Below, piece after piece: positions 42,356-59,162 of a stretch of DNA of 64,000 nt (positions are counted from its first letter, which is position 1; each line of letters opens with the position of its first letter). Location of the stretch: the NCBI RefSeq assembly GCF_009914755.1, contig NC_060925.1. The stretch is one strand, 5' to 3'. Position numbers and translations under genes: made by a program. The stretch is from the human T2T-CHM13v2.0 reference genome, Homo sapiens. Under the pieces are notes generated by a model that saw nothing but the letters and a program-made list of their open reading frames with translations, had not been told where the DNA came from and did not search any database.

Positions 42356-42950
42356 TTAACACTATGTGCCATATACTTGACAAACATTGAGTTATCTTCC
42401 CAACAGCCCCACAAGATCGGTATTATTATTACCACCCTCATTCTATAGAGGAGGGAAGTGATGGTGAAATTAAATAGATCAAAGAGCTAATGCAACTCAA
42501 GTGCTCAGTATAGTGTGTGGCACATGCTACATACTAAATAAATTGTATTAACAGTTGTGGAGCTTTATTTCTGAATAATAAAGGGTCTACAGAATTAGGG
42601 GAAATTGAGGATACTTCCCCAGGGCTGGGCACATAGTCAGCGTTCTCCAAATATTTGCTCCTAGACCGTCTCAGTCCCAGATGTACCAGTGATAGATGGG
42701 AGAACCCTAACTAAGTCCAGGGCCACCCCTCTCTGATTCCCCTCCCCACTGGGCTCCTCCCCCTCTCCTCTGATCTATAGGGCAGTGGCTGCTGCTGCCC
42801 GCCCTACAGGCCATGTCAGTAGAGAACCGCTTTCCTGCCCCCATCTTTCCCCAAAGGCAGGCAGCATGGAATGACTTTGGGGAAATGACCTTTGTCCAGC
42901 TGTGCCGAGCCTGCAGGTGAATGGAAACAAGAGAGTCTGATTAAGTCTCA

Positions 42951-43286
<336 letters not shown>

Positions 43287-43454
43287 TCAGTCCTGTCAGG
43301 GGCTTTGACACCCTATTCTTCACTGAACCCCCACCTGGACCAAAGAAAGGGAAGAAGGGAAGAATCTGGGAAGAGTATGAGCATTGATGGAGTTTCTATG
43401 GCAGTCATCTCTCCAGGGGTGGTTTTCAGGATGAAATGAGACAGCAGACGGAAA

Positions 43455-43612
43455 GCAGCCCTTCTCCAGCTTTAACGAGCACATGAGTCACTTGGAGATC
43501 TTGTCGGCGTGCAGATTCTGAGTCAGTAGGTCCAAGGGGGCCTGAAACTCTGCATTTCTGACAAGCTCCCAGTTGAGGCCCGGGCTGCTAGTGCCTGGAC
43601 CATCCTCGGAGT
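43455..43612. mobile_element. MER5A-like DNA transposon fossil
   Basis: tgcagattctgagtcagtagg...ctgcatttctgacaagctccca. Confidence 0.7.
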
Positions 43613-43697
43613 TATAAGAACATAAAGGGATTACTGCACACAGTAGGCCCTCCGTAAAAGTGAGCTATGCCTTTGTTTCTTGTGATTTGATCTATAA

Positions 43698-44040
<343 letters not shown>

Positions 44041-46935
44041 TAATACTGAGGTCCACTGAGGTTGAGGGGTTTGCCCAAGCACAGAAGGCTAGAAAGAGGC
44101 AGAGGCAGGATTCAAGGCCAAGTCTGCCAAGTCACCCTTCTCATGCATCACCCCACCCTAAACCCCACCCGCCTCGAGTAGCAGCCACAGGCGTGGAGCT
44201 GAAGACACCCCAGCTCTGCCCCTCAGGCCAGTCACCGGCTCCTTGCTGGGTCAGCCAGGCCTCCGGGCAGAGGCCCAGGCTCCCTAAAAAGAGGCGCTGG
44301 GCCATCACTTTCACTCCACTAGCAGCAGCTTCCAGTGGTTCCCCCCACATCGCCTTATAAAGTGGTCCAAGCTGCTCTTTTCCAGGCTGCAGTTTAATGT
44401 TATATGGAGTGAACTGACCGTACTCTCTCTGCAACCTCAGCCTGCCTGCTTCACACATTCCTGTTGGAGCAACATTACCTAATTTAACCATAGCCCCTGC
44501 TCTCCGGGGCTCTCAAAATAGCAGCTGCCAGTAGGGGAAAATGCCCTAATGTTATCAAAATAAAACAGTTCTCCCTCCTCCCCCACTCCTGGACTTCGCC
44601 AGCAGCAGGACCCAGCCCAGGGAGGAATCCAGGCTGAGAGGTCTGAGGTGGGCCTAGCGTGGCTGAGATCTCTGCTAAGCCCCTGTTCTCTTCATCCTTC
44701 CAGCCCTTTCCTACATGCCCTCTTCAAACATGTGTCTGGGATCTGCCTATGCCTCCTCCCCCGGGCAGATCTTCCAGCTCATCCCCAACGGCCATTGTCA
44801 CCCTGGTTACCCAAGATGAAGATTCAATTTCCCTTTCTCCTAATAACAAAAACTATAACAGTAATATAACAATTGCTGCCATTCCCCAGGTATTAATTGT
44901 GAACTAAATACCTCCCTCCCAGTGGCTCGCTGCCATTGCAAAGTAGGGATTAGCATTCTCTTCTTTCAGATAAGAAAGCAGCCACTCAGAAAGGTAAAGT
45001 GACTTGCCCAAGGTCATACAGCCCAGAACTGGCAGAGTTGGGGGTTGGAAGCCAAGCTCAGCTGCCCCAAAGCCCTAATCATCAGGACTCCTGTGCAGGG
45101 TCTGAGCCTGGGAGAGGAGGAGTGCAGGATTTTCTGTGCTAGAAGCGGCTTCCTTGCCTTGTGTATTATTGCAGGATCTGTTCATACAGCTGCCACCAAA
45201 CCACAGGGCCTGTTACTATACCAGAGTTCACATTGCACCTAGACCCTGTGGGCCCTAAGACTGTCTCCGGGACCCCAGGTGCACAAGCTACCTGTCAATA
45301 TGTGACTCCAAGCCCCTGCTTCCCTGCCCCGCATACCCCAGAGCAGGCTGCCACATTAAAGCAGGGAACACCGGACTACTGACATACCTCGGGTGCAACC
45401 AGTGGTTAAGGGGCTGGGAGGGTCCCCTCTGCTGCTCTCCTGCTCACTCAGAGTAATCATTAACCAGCGCAGAGCCAGTGTGGAAAGCAGGCAGAAGCCC
45501 GGGCTGCGGCACCCCCAGCATCCGCTCCTCCCTACTGAGTGTGTCCTGGGGCCACTTCTGTTAAGCCCAGCTGGCCTGGTGAGGCCTCTGGCAGTGGAGA
45601 GGGAAAGCTTGGACCACCAGCTGTCCAGGAAGGCTCAACCTGCTATCCCTAGGGAAGGTCCCTGAGAGCATTTACAGAGCCTTCGGCCCCCTGCACTCAC
45701 ACTCCTTCCCACCTTGCTCCCCTCCCAACATTATGAAGATCCCATAAGAAAAGAGTGTTGGAGGAGAGGATGGACTCTGGGACTCAGGGCCTTCCCATAG
45801 CGGGGGTGAGGTGGCAGGTGGGGTTGCAGGGGGACGACACAATAGAACTGAGACCCAGAGGTTTATCTAGGACCAAGTACCAGGGGCTCTCTCGAAGGAG
45901 GAAAGATAAAATCACAAAATAATAGTTCCCGTTATTTATCAACTGCCCATTCCAGCTGTAGGCTATTTATATGATCTCTAATCTTCACCAAAACCCTGCA
46001 GTGTAGGAATTGCCATTCCCACCTGACAGAGGAGGCTCAGAGAGGCGAACTCACCCGCCCAGGGTCACACAGCAATCAGTGATGAAGCTAGGATAGGCCT
46101 CAGGGCTATGCCTCCTGCCTATGACACTGTCCCAAAGTGCAACCTGCAGAATGAAACGGTGCGGAATTGATGGACGGGAGCTAACAGCCACAGCAAGGCA
46201 GCTCTGGGCTCTTTTCTGGGCGGTCTGAAGCCTTTCAGCTCCTTAGCCAGGGTCCTCCTGGTCTTTCTAAAACCAAGTGTCCTGGGCTTAGAAACCCAAA
46301 CTATGAGAGGGCAGTGGAGGGAGCAGGAGAGAGTCCTGTTGCTAGAGAGGGTGCATCCCCCCACCACTTGAAGTATGAAGTAAAGGTGGCCCCTGGGGCT
46401 TCTAGTACCTGTCAGGGCACAAGGTGGGTCTTCTGGGAGATGAGGTGGAGGTGTGGGGGGAAGGAGGAAGCACCTGAAGCCAACGTAAGGTGGAGCCTCT
46501 TGGAGGAAGGTGGCCCTGCCTAAAACCCCCCTGCCTAGGAGGCCACAGTCCTCCCAGCTAGAGAATTCCCTTCAATTGCTCAGGTGAAACCAGAGGTGGG
46601 GCCCAGGCCGGCTGAAAGCTTTGATCTTATCACACATTCCTGCCCTAGCCACCCCAGTCCCCCCTCCTCGACCCCTACCAGGGAGGTGGGAAGCCAGACT
46701 GACTTAATTAACCCTTTCCTCCCATTTCCTCAAGTCGAATCCAGGCTTGAGCTGATGTTTCCCCCATCCCGCCCCCACCCCGACCCCAGAAGGCGGGGAG
46801 GGAAAAAAGAGGGAGGAAAGTGAAAAGCAGGCACCCCAAGACTGCGCCCTTCATAACCCACTCAATGCCAGGGAACCCCAAACCTGGGCTCTGTTGGCAG
46901 CTTCCATTTCTCCTAAATGAAAATAACCAGACTCA

Positions 46936-47235
46936 GCCGGGCACGGTGGCTCACACCTGTAATCCCAGCACTTTGGGAGGCCAAGGGAGGCGGATCACCT
47001 GAGGTCAGAAGTTCGAGACCAGCCTGACTAACATGGTGAAACCCCATCTCTACTAAAAATACAAAAATTAGCTGGGCATAATGGCGGGCGCCTGTAATCC
47101 CAGCTACTCGGGAGGCTGAGGCAGGAGAATCGCTTGAACCAGGAAGCGGAGGCTGCAGTGAGCCGAGATCATGCCATTGCACCCCAGCCTGGGCGACAGA
47201 GCAAGACTCCGTCTCAAAAAAAAAAATAAAATAAA
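46936..47235 (+). mobile_element. Alu
   Basis: Alu consensus; TSD aaaataaccagactca. Confidence 0.94.
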
Positions 47236-47969
47236 ATAACCAGACTCAACATAAATAGCCCTCGCTATTTTGCACATCCATGAGCTCATCTGAGACTCAC
47301 GATAAAATCGGCCTGCCCTTCTCTCTGCTGCTGTGGGCCCTCCCCCTGCCCTCACCCAGGGGAGCTGGCTCCCAGGTCCTCTCCTCCCACAGGCTCACTG
47401 CAAGGGAAACAGACTCACAAATGAGTGCTGAGACCAAGTCACAAAGACTCAAGAGATCTCCCAGAGGTCTGGTGGCCCTGAAATCCTGCTATAGTCCTCG
47501 AGTGTCTTCCTTGAATGTAGCCTCCTTCTCCCTACTCCTTTACCAGCTGGCCCACCACTCAGCCTCTCTCCCCTATCAGACCACAAGCTCCATAAGCCCA
47601 CGGTGGTGTTTAGATCCAACACAAGGCCTCGCATACCGCTGTCACTCCGAGAATGTTTGCCGAATGAATGAACGGTCCCATTTTGCTTCTGGGGAAAATT
47701 AAGCTCAAAGAAGTTCAATGGCTTGGGATCACGTAAGAGTTTAGGAATCTTGTGACTCCTAGTCACACTTTCTAAACAGACATTTACAATGAATGCCCCT
47801 GATGTCAGCTTAGCAGCAGGTACCCAAGAGCAGAGGTGAACTGACATGGACAGAGCACGGCAGGAGAGATTCTGGGGCTACACAAGAAGACAGGACAGGC
47901 TTCAAGGTCTAGGGCACAGGGGCCATCTCCTTCATCTGCTTCCCTAGCCCAGAGCCTGGCACTTGGGAG

Positions 47970-48200
47970 CTGGGGTTATGCCTCCATTTCCCAGATGAGA
48001 AGTAGCTCATGGAGCAGGGAATAGCCAGGCGCAGAGGAAGGTGGAAGCTGCCTCCAGCGTCACCAGACATCCTGGAAGAAATTGGAGGCATGGTCCCTAC
48101 TCTCCGGATGCCTTGGATCTTGTTGGAGAGGCAGGACTCGTAAGCTATAAGTGCCCAACACAACTCAAAGTCCAGAAAATAACAGTGTCAGGGGAAGGAA
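47970..48200. repeat. Inverted duplication, left arm
   Basis: Reverse complement of 48746-48978; 9 mismatches and one 2-nt indel by manual alignment. Confidence 0.95.
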
Positions 48201-48745
48201 TCAATAGCGTCAATGAAGGAAGACATGGGATTGGTGATATGGTGGGCTCCTTGAGGTGCCTACCACCCTCAGGCCCCAGAGAATGGAACACCACCAACTT
48301 TTGGGGGGTAGTGAGCAGTTTTCTCCAAGAACTCAGGGTCCCTTTCTTCTGCTTGGAAGGCGGCCAACAAACAAGAAAGGAGCCCATCTTGTGAGTAGGA
48401 AAACTGAGGCCCGGGGAGGAGAGATGGTAGCCGACTGGTGACCAAGTGGAGGCCCAGGCCTTAACCTCTTGCCTCCCTGGTCTGACCAGCAATGAATGTC
48501 ACCTCAGCTATCTTGGGGACTTCCTCTTATTCTTTCCCAACCTTAACGACTCTGGCAGCAAGCGAGTGTCTTCCTGCTCTTGCACATGCAACAACAATGT
48601 GGACAATGTGAGTCCAGGGACAATGGGGACAACTCCTGGACCCCTGCCACAATGCTTTCCTCCTCTACCAGCCAAATCAGACTTGCTCTTTAAGCCCCAT
48701 TTCCTCTAGAAAGTCTTTCCAGATAACTCATGCCCAATCAGTCTT

Positions 48746-48978
48746 TTCCTTCCCCTGACACTCTGCTATTGTCTGGACTTTGAGTTGTGTTGGGCACTTA
48801 TAGCTTACGAGTCCTGCCTCTCCAACAAGATCCAAGGCATCCGGAGAGTAGGGACCATGCCTCCAATTTCTTCCAGGAGGTCTGGTGACGCTGAAGGCAG
48901 CCTCTACCTTCCTCTGCGCCTGACTATTCCCTGCTCTCTGAGCTACTTCTCATCTGGGAAATGGAGGCATAACCCCAG
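48746..48978. repeat. Inverted duplication, right arm
   Basis: Reverse complement of 47970-48200; the near-identical ORFs 47909..48163(-) and 48785..49015(+) reflect it. Confidence 0.95.
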
Positions 48979-49672
48979 ATGTACAGGGGGATTGATAACA
49001 CAGATCAAACAATGAGCGCGATGTCAGGCGCACAGCAGGTCCTCAGGCAGCACTAGCTGAATATGTGAACAAATGAGTGGACAGAGGGATGGATGGAAGG
49101 ATTCTTGAAGCTTCCACTGCACAGGGCTGTTGAAACAACACAACGCGGGACCTGGATGTAGATTTCATCTCGCAGCTGAGCCATGTGCTTCTCTGCCTTG
49201 CATTTCACCCAAGCCCCCAGTATGAGGGGGACACAGGGCTGGCTCAGAGCAGGCCCCGCTCAGCAAAACTCACTGAACTCCCAACAGGGCAAAACCTGCA
49301 GGCCCCACAGGGAGCTTGGGACCTGACTGAGAAGAATCAGGGTTCCCAGGGGTCTCAGTCACAGGGAAGGTCACATCCATCTCTCTGGGGAACATTATCA
49401 CTGGGTTGAAATGGAAGCCAAAGGGTAAAAAGACACCCGAGTCTGTGAAGCAGGAACTGGCAAAGCCCATGTGGCAGACATGCAGCCTCCTATAACCCTC
49501 TGCCAAGGCCAGCCTGGACCCACCTTCTCCACACAGCCCTCCCAGACTTCCTCTGTCTGGACACAACAGGACCCACTGGGGAAAACAATGATGACTTGGG
49601 AGTCTGACAACCTGGGCTCCATTCCCAGGTGTGGCACGTACTGGATGGATGAAGGGCCAGCCATTCCCTCTA

Positions 49673-49932
49673 TTTTTTTATTTTTATTTTTTTTTTTGAG
49701 ACAGTCTTGGCTCACTGCAGCCTCCGCCTCCCGGGTTGAAGCAATTCTCCTGCCTTAGCCTCCCAAGCAGCTGGCACTACAGGCATGAGCCACCACGCCC
49801 GGCTAATTTTTGTATTTTCAGTAGAGATGGGGTTTTACCATGTTGGCCAGGCTGCTCTCGAACTCCTAGCCTCAAGCAATCTGCCCTCCTAGGCCTCCCA
49901 AAGTGCTGGGATTACAAGTGAGAATCTGGCCC
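49673..49932 (-). mobile_element. Alu (internally deleted)
   Basis: Antisense Alu consensus. Confidence 0.9.
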
Positions 49933-50277
49933 CCAACTCCCCCTCCTGATGCCTCAGTTTCCTGCCCTGCAAAATGGAGATATAATGCCAACTTCAAAAG
50001 ATTGCTGTGAGTATTATATGCGATAATGCCTGGCAAGAGCCCAGTGGGAGGCCTGGCTCTAAAGAGGGTGGCAGTTTTAATGAGAAGGTGTCAGCACTCA
50101 GGGAACGTTGACTGGTGACCTATGTGACTGAGGCCACTGGGGAGGAGAACCTGCAGGTCCCAGGACAGGGAAGAGACTGGTCTGTCCCCAGGAAACTCCT
50201 GGGTTTCTGTTCCTCTGGCCTAAGGGTCATAGCAAGGCAAAAGGCAGGAAAGGGTGAAGAGCCGTGAAAGTGATAGA

Positions 50278-50609
50278 GGCTGCTGGGCGTGGTGGCTCAC
50301 ACCTGCAATCCCAGCACTTTGGGAGGCTGAGGCATGTGGATCACCTGAGGTCAGAAGTTTGAGACCAGCCTGGCCAACATGGTGAAAGCCTGTCTCTACT
50401 AAAAATACAAAAATTAGCCAGGCGTGGTAGTGCATGCCTGTAATCCATAATCCCTGCTACCAGGGAGGCTGAGGCAAAAGAATCGCTATTGAATCCGAGA
50501 GGCAGAGGTTGCAGTGAGCCGAGATCGCACCACTACACTTCAGGCTGGGAGACAGAGTGAGACTCAGTCTCAAAAAAAAAAAAAAAAAAAAAAAAAAGAG
50601 AGAAAGAAA
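50278..50609 (+). mobile_element. Alu
   Basis: Alu consensus. Confidence 0.93.
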
Positions 50610-52243
50610 ATGATAGAGTAGAGGCCACTAGGGCTGGGATTTATCAGGCCAGAATTTCAATCCATCCAGCCCAGTAAGGGATCCAAGAAGAGGCATGATC
50701 CCAGTTCCCAACTATTTGAAAATTGGAAACGCCAAACAAGGAGAGGGTTGAGTCAGCTGGGGTTAGTTAGGAGGGGGAGGCCAGGACCAGGAGGTGGGGG
50801 CCGGAGCCGGCTTCCTGGGAGAGAGCCATGGGCAGGCGCAGGGAGTGGGGAGGTGGTGGCAGGGACCCGGAGGTGGGCTGGGAAGGGGCCAGAGGCAGCT
50901 GGGAATCCCAGCCCCACCCGTGGAGAAGCATCTGTGGAGTGACCCGAGGCCACCTCTGAAGTCCTCCCCAGGCTCAGGCCCCAGCCAGGCCTCCCCTTCC
51001 CCACCGACTGGGATGGGAGAAAGATGGGGAAAGAGGCCAAATGTTACAAAACACCTAGGTGTGACCCGCCTGATGGGGAGGGGGGACACATCTCTACCCA
51101 ACAGCCCAAGCCCAAAGCATAGGGTGGGGTGGGGTGAGATCCCCAGGCCTGTGTGTCTCTCTCTCCTGAGTCCTGCTGTTTCTCTGAGGCCACGGGAGCC
51201 AGATTTAGAGTCGAGCAGCCCCACATCCCACCAAGTAAGGACCAACTGCAGGTTGGCCCAGAGCTCCCCAGGCAAGGTCCTGCCTCCTCCAGTGTAGGCC
51301 AGGGGGGGACAGGGCTAGGATGGGGTCCCAGGACATCCCCCACCCCCCCACTGTCACTACCCTCAGGATGCACGAACATCCTTTCTGCACCCATGGGAGC
51401 CCCTGGCCACACCTCCTGTTGCTCAGAGCCCACCAACTGCACACATCTGGGAAGGGGACAAGGCGTCCAAAGACTCCAGCCTTTCCCAGGCCACACCCTG
51501 GGGTGTGCCCCCCTCCTTCTCCCAGTCCAGGAAGGAGCAATCAGGGTGGAAGGATGGACTCTGTCCTACAGCTGCGGCCTCGGTAGGCGAAGGAGGGGCA
51601 GTGACAGATCAGAGGCAGTTACACCCGGAGCTCTGAGACTGCGAAAGAGGCCCAGGGAATGGACAATCCCCTTACACAGCCATTCATTCAACAAGCCCAG
51701 TACAGGACCTGGGTCATAGAGAAGGCGTGCCCGGCTGTGCCCTGGGAACCCTGCCTCAGATATTCCACCGGCCTTGTCTTTAGCAGGAACGAGACTTAGT
51801 GCAATCACGGATTGTCAAATACCTGCCACATTCCAGGCACTGAGCAAGGTGCATCCACCTGGTTACTTCATAACCACCAGGAAGCAGGCCTCCCCATTTC
51901 ACATTTGACTGAGGCTCAGAGAGGTAAAGCAACTTGCCCAAGGTCACAGAGCCAGTCAGGGCTGGGCCAAGACTTGAAGGCAGGGCCTTTTGAGCCCACA
52001 TCTTTCCCTTGACCACAGTGCCCAGGGAAGTGGCTCTGAGACCAATGAGGACACAGACAAGTCAAAAAGGGCAGAGTGGACATCCCAGCTTGTCCCACAT
52101 CTTCTGGGGCCCTGCAGAGAGCATGGCTGGGCAGGCAGCTCCCAAGTGCAGGGGCCAGAGCACGCCCCTTTCCAATCTCAGCAAGGAGCCTGGGCCTTCT
52201 TGGCCTGCTGGCTTCCTCAAAGCCATTAATTTGCTCACTTGAA

Positions 52244-52867
<624 letters not shown>

Positions 52868-53212
52868 CTCACTTGAAGTTTTAATGTGTTCACCTACTAT
52901 CTGCCTAGCACCAGGCAAACAGCAATGAACAAAGCCAAGTCCCTGCCCTCATGCAGCTTCCACTCTAGATGAGGGGGTAAGAATAAATCTACAAGCCATG
53001 AGCTCCGGCTGTGGAGTTCTAAGGCAGAGTCTGCAACTCCACAAATGAACACTCAGCAAGATCCCCTCCGCCTACACCATAAGCCAATGCAGAGGCCCCA
53101 GCTTGGGTGGGGACGGGGGAGCTCCTGGCTGGAGATGGGTAGGGGGATGACTGCCAGGCATGTGAGCCAGTCCAACCCCCACCCATGCTGTCCCCTCCAT
53201 CACTTGCCATTC

Positions 53213-53380
53213 TTTTTTCTTTTTTTTTTTTAAGAGACAGGATCGCGTTCTATCACCCAGGCTGGAGCGCAGTGGCAAGATCATGGTTCACTGCAACCTC
53301 CACCTCCTGGGCTCAAGTGATCCTCCTACCTTGGTCTCCCAAAGTGTGGGGATTACAGGTGTGAGCCACCACTCCTGGCC
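53213..53380 (-). mobile_element. Alu monomer/recombinant
   Basis: Partial Alu consensus. Confidence 0.85.
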
Positions 53381-54229
53381 CACCTGCCGGTTTTTTTTTT
53401 TTTTTTTTTAGGAATTTTTATTGTCCAAACAAGAGATCGTAAGAGAAGACACAAATAAATTAACTGTTCTGAGAATTCTGGACTCCACCTCCTGCCCACT
53501 CCTCCTGGAACTTTCCCATCTCAGGTAGTGGCAGCTCCATCCTTCGGGATGCTGAAGCCAAAGACTGTGGAGGCATCCCGGACTCTTCTCTTTCTGTCCC
53601 GCCCCACATCCAACCCACTAGCAAATCCTGGTGACCCATCTTCAAAATGTACTGGGGATTCAACCATCTCCCACCTCCGTGGTCCTAGCTTGAGCTCCCA
53701 TCGTCTGTCCTGGGTCACGGCCTCCTTGCCTTTGCTCTGGACCCTCCCCGTGCTCCTCTCCACACAGCAGCCAAAGCAATCCTATGGAACACCGGGCCCC
53801 TTCAGTGACTTCTCAATTCACTCAGACGCAAATCCAAGGTCCTTCCCATGGCCAAAGCTCTGCTGATCACCCTCTGCCACCCCCCTGCCTGCTGCATCCA
53901 CCATGCTCCCCCTCACTGATGCTGCTCCAGCCCCACGGGCCTCCTTGCTTTTCCACAGACATGCCAAGGACACTCCCACCTCTGGGCCTCTGCACTAGCT
54001 GTGCCCTCTGCCTGGAATGCCCTTTCCATTGATATCTGCGAGGCTCACCCGCTCACTTACTTCAGGTCTCCTTCAGTTCAAATTTATCTTATCAGAGGCT
54101 TTTCCTACCACCCCACCCTACCTACCCCGCCTCATCACTCACTGCCCTCTTCCCTGTTTTATTTTTTCTTCTGAGCACTTATCACCACCTGATGTATTTC
54201 ATTTATTGTCTGTCTTCCTGCACTAGCTA

Positions 54230-54598
<369 letters not shown>

Positions 54599-56600
54599 CT
54601 AGAACACAGTCAGATACATAGAAGATGCTCCACAGATATTTGTGAAATGAATTTTAAAAAACGCTTAATCACATACATCATTTGTTCATTCATTCATTCA
54701 ACACACTCTGCAAGGCTTTGCGCACCAGATACTCCCCTAAAACCCAGAGCAACAGGACACCCTCCTTCATGGCTCAGGGAATGGGCCCTGGTCAGGAGCT
54801 AGGAGCTGGTCCTAAGGCTATCTCAGGATGCCACAGATGCCTCCAGGGATGCTCTGAGGTTCCTGCAGGCCTGGCACAGATGAGCATCATGGAAGGGAAG
54901 GGAGAGTGGTTCTGGGGGCAGCAAGACTCAAAGGCCTCACATTCCCAGGCCTCAAAGAGCCACCTTGTTCTCAGGGCTTTCATGACAGCACCCCCGACCC
55001 GGCCACCCCAGCAGCCACGAGCCACACCCCTCTCAAGGCTGCTATTGACACAGTCCTGACGCCACCAGGCTGGGCAGTGAGGCCGGCGGCTCCCCGCGAA
55101 GTGAGTTCCACACATACTTCTGGGTTTCAGTCAGCCAGCTCTGGGTGCTGGGGCAGCTGGCCCCGGGAGCAGGAGGGGGTGGCAGGGCCAAAGAGGCCAA
55201 GGCCCAGGCGGAAGCAACATTCCAGCAGGGCCGGGACCCTCGGCGCAGCCTCCCTCTTCTTGGCAGGAGCAGGAGCGAGAGGAGAAAAAGGCCAGGGTAG
55301 GCCCTGGGACGGGGAGAGGTAGGCCCAGCAGATACTTGGGAAGCTGCCGGGGAACCAAGTCATATTCACTTCCTCCTCCAGTCTGACCCCTCATAGCTGG
55401 GACTGGATTGGGTGGAGGGGAGGGGGGCAACAGGCCAGGGCTGGGAACCCTTCCCATATACCCCAAGTAGTCTGAGGGTGCAGAGCCCACACCTCTGGCC
55501 TCCAAGTGGCCTCTGAATCATTGCTCCAGATCTTTCCATAGCCTGGGCAGGCCCTCCTGCCCTCCCTCCTGAGCCTCTCACCCCAAGGCCAGGCAGCCCT
55601 TGAAGCTCTGCAGACTCACCCTAAACCTTGAGCCCCCAGGGAACAGCCAGAAAAAAACAGCGCAGGCTCCACACAGGACAACCAGGAGGGTGTTCTTCCC
55701 CTTCCCCCACTAGCAGCATGGCAGGGGCAGGGGCCCCTGACCTCCCACACTGGGCAGGGCCAGCCTGGCCCACTCAGGCCTAAAAGTCCCTGGATAAATT
55801 CAACTGCCTGTAGAGTCCCAGGAAATATCTGATGAGAACATTAATGAATTAACAAACCTAAAAATGACCACCCTAGAGTTCCTAGGCTTCCCCTCCAGGC
55901 ACAGGCGTCCCTACGAGACCCCACGGACACTGAGGCATACCCAACCTAAGAGCTTCTGAGAGCTTCTGTCCCCGAGCCAATCCCTGATATTCCTTGCCTG
56001 AGGTAGCCCCTGTACTACTTGGGACCAGAGTTCTTAATCAACATCTGTGACAAGTTGTAGCAATATCTACTGACTGCCCACGACAAGCACATGGGGCAGT
56101 ACGTGGCGTGATTAGGAGAGCTTCGTCTGGATTCAAAACTTGGCTTGCAGCATCTCTGAGTGTGTGGATATGTAAGTCACTGGGCAAGTTACGTAACCTC
56201 TCAGTGCCTCAATGTCCTCTGCTTAGAGAATGGGGATCAGGCTAGTAGCTACAGCTTAAAACATTCGACAAAGATATTCACTAAGCACTTACTACCTGCC
56301 AGGTGCTAAGCATACAGCAGTGAACAAAAACAAATGAGGTCCTGCTCTCGTAGAACTTAAACTGAGCAGGAGGAGGCAGATAAACACATAAACAAATACA
56401 GACAAATACAGGCCAGACAATTGTGAGAACAAAAATAAAGCAGTTTAAGGAGACAGCCATTATGGGAAGAGTGGTAAGGACCAGAAAGAGGGAGAGGGTC
56501 ATATGGATATTACGGGGACAAATGTCCCAGGCAGAAGGAACAGCAGACGCAGAGACCCTAAGGTGGGAGTGTGTTTCACATGCTCAAGAAACAAAGCCTT

Positions 56601-57068
56601 GGTCAGGCGAGGTGGCCCATGCCTATAATCCTAGCACTTCAGAAGGCTGAGGTGGGAGGATAGCTTGAGTTAAAGAGTTTGGGACCAGCCTGGGCAATAC
56701 AACAAGATCCCATCTCTATTTGTTTTAAATTTTTATATTCATTAGAAAAGAAAAGGCTGGGTGCAGTGGCTCACGCCTATAATCCTAGCACTTTGGGAGG
56801 CCGAAGGGGGTGGATCATTTGAGCCCAGGAGTTCGAGACCTGCCTGGGGGAACATGGCAAAACCCTGTCTCTATAAAAAATACAAAAATTAGCCAGGTGT
56901 AGAGGAGGGTGTCTGTAGTCCCAGCTACTCAGGGGGCTGAGGTGGGAGGATCACCTGAGCGTGGGAGGTTGAGGCAGCGGTGAGCTGTGATTGTGCCACT
57001 GCACTCCAGCCTGGGTGACAGTGTGAGACCCTGTCTCAAAAAAAAAAAAAAGAAAAGAAAAAGAAACA
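56601..57068 (+). mobile_element. Alu monomer (56601-56720) plus full Alu (56756-57068)
   Basis: Alu consensus. Confidence 0.9.
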
Positions 57069-58304
57069 AAGACTGGTATAGCTGGAGGAGTTTGAGAGGA
57101 GCAGGTGGCAGGAGGCCGGGTGTTGCAGGGCCTCGTAGGCTATATTAAGTCAGGGGCTGGGACCTAATTCTGAGCACCGCAGGGAGGTGGTGAGCAGGAA
57201 ACACAGGTGAATGGGAGGATTCACTGAGAAACTCAGAGCAGACAGTGGGTACTGGGTAAGTCTGAAGTACCCGTATTACTGTGTCATCATCCAGCCTGGC
57301 ACCCCAAGAGCTCCTTCCCCTCCACTTTGCTCACCCGTCTTCCGGGCCCTGAACCCAGTCACCTCCTGCCACCTTCTTTCCACCGTCTCCCGGGCAGGGC
57401 TTCAGACCCACAGATCCTAACTTGTCTGCGCTCAGCCTGAGAGCAGGCCCGGGCCAAGCCAGGCAGGGGCCACAACTCCCCAGACAGGGGGAAATGGGCC
57501 TAAGGGATGGGGGGGTGGTCCATCTCTGCCCCTTCCAGCTTCTACCCTGCAGACAGACCTGCAGCCTGCCCTCCTTCCCTCCGGGAATGTCCAGGGCACA
57601 CTCAAAACCCCATCCTGTGCCGGCTGCAGGTATGGAACAAGTAGGCTAGTGTCAGGTGACAGAGCAGCTGGCTGCGTGGAGGAGGGCTGAGGGACCGCCA
57701 GGAAGGGGAGGCTCCTGCAGTTCAGCTGGCAGCCTCCCCAGTGAGGAAATCCAGCTGAGGCAGGAAACAGGTATCTCAGCGACTTCCCTCCTAGGCCCTG
57801 GAAAACACCTTAATCACCACCGAGGCTCCCTCAAGACGCCTGTCCCCTGCAGGGCCGCCCTAAAGGGGTCAGCAGGCCAAGGCCTGCCGAGTCACCCAGG
57901 CCCAGCCCCCTCCTCCAGCAAGCCTCCTCACCTCCCAACAGCTGAAATTACACCCACACTTAATCACAGATCAGCTTCCTGTGGTCCTGTCCCCCGTCCC
58001 GGGGAAGCCTGGAGCTCCCTAAGGCCCATCTCACCCTGCTGCTGTGCCCAACCCTTCCCCATAAGCCACTGGCTCCGGACCAAACTGAAGGGCAGATGAG
58101 AGCAAGGGTAGCAGGCAAAGAGGGTCCAAGGTGTGCTGGGAGCCTGGGCTAGGAATTGATCTCATTTTTGACTTGCAACAAACTCCTCAACCCCATTGTA
58201 CAGATTTGGAAACTAAGGCTCAGAGAGAGGAACTCGCCCCAGATCACACAGCCAGAAACCGCAGCCCAGAGACTCATACTTGGGTCTGTAAGACTTCAGA
58301 GACA

Positions 58305-59162
<858 letters not shown>

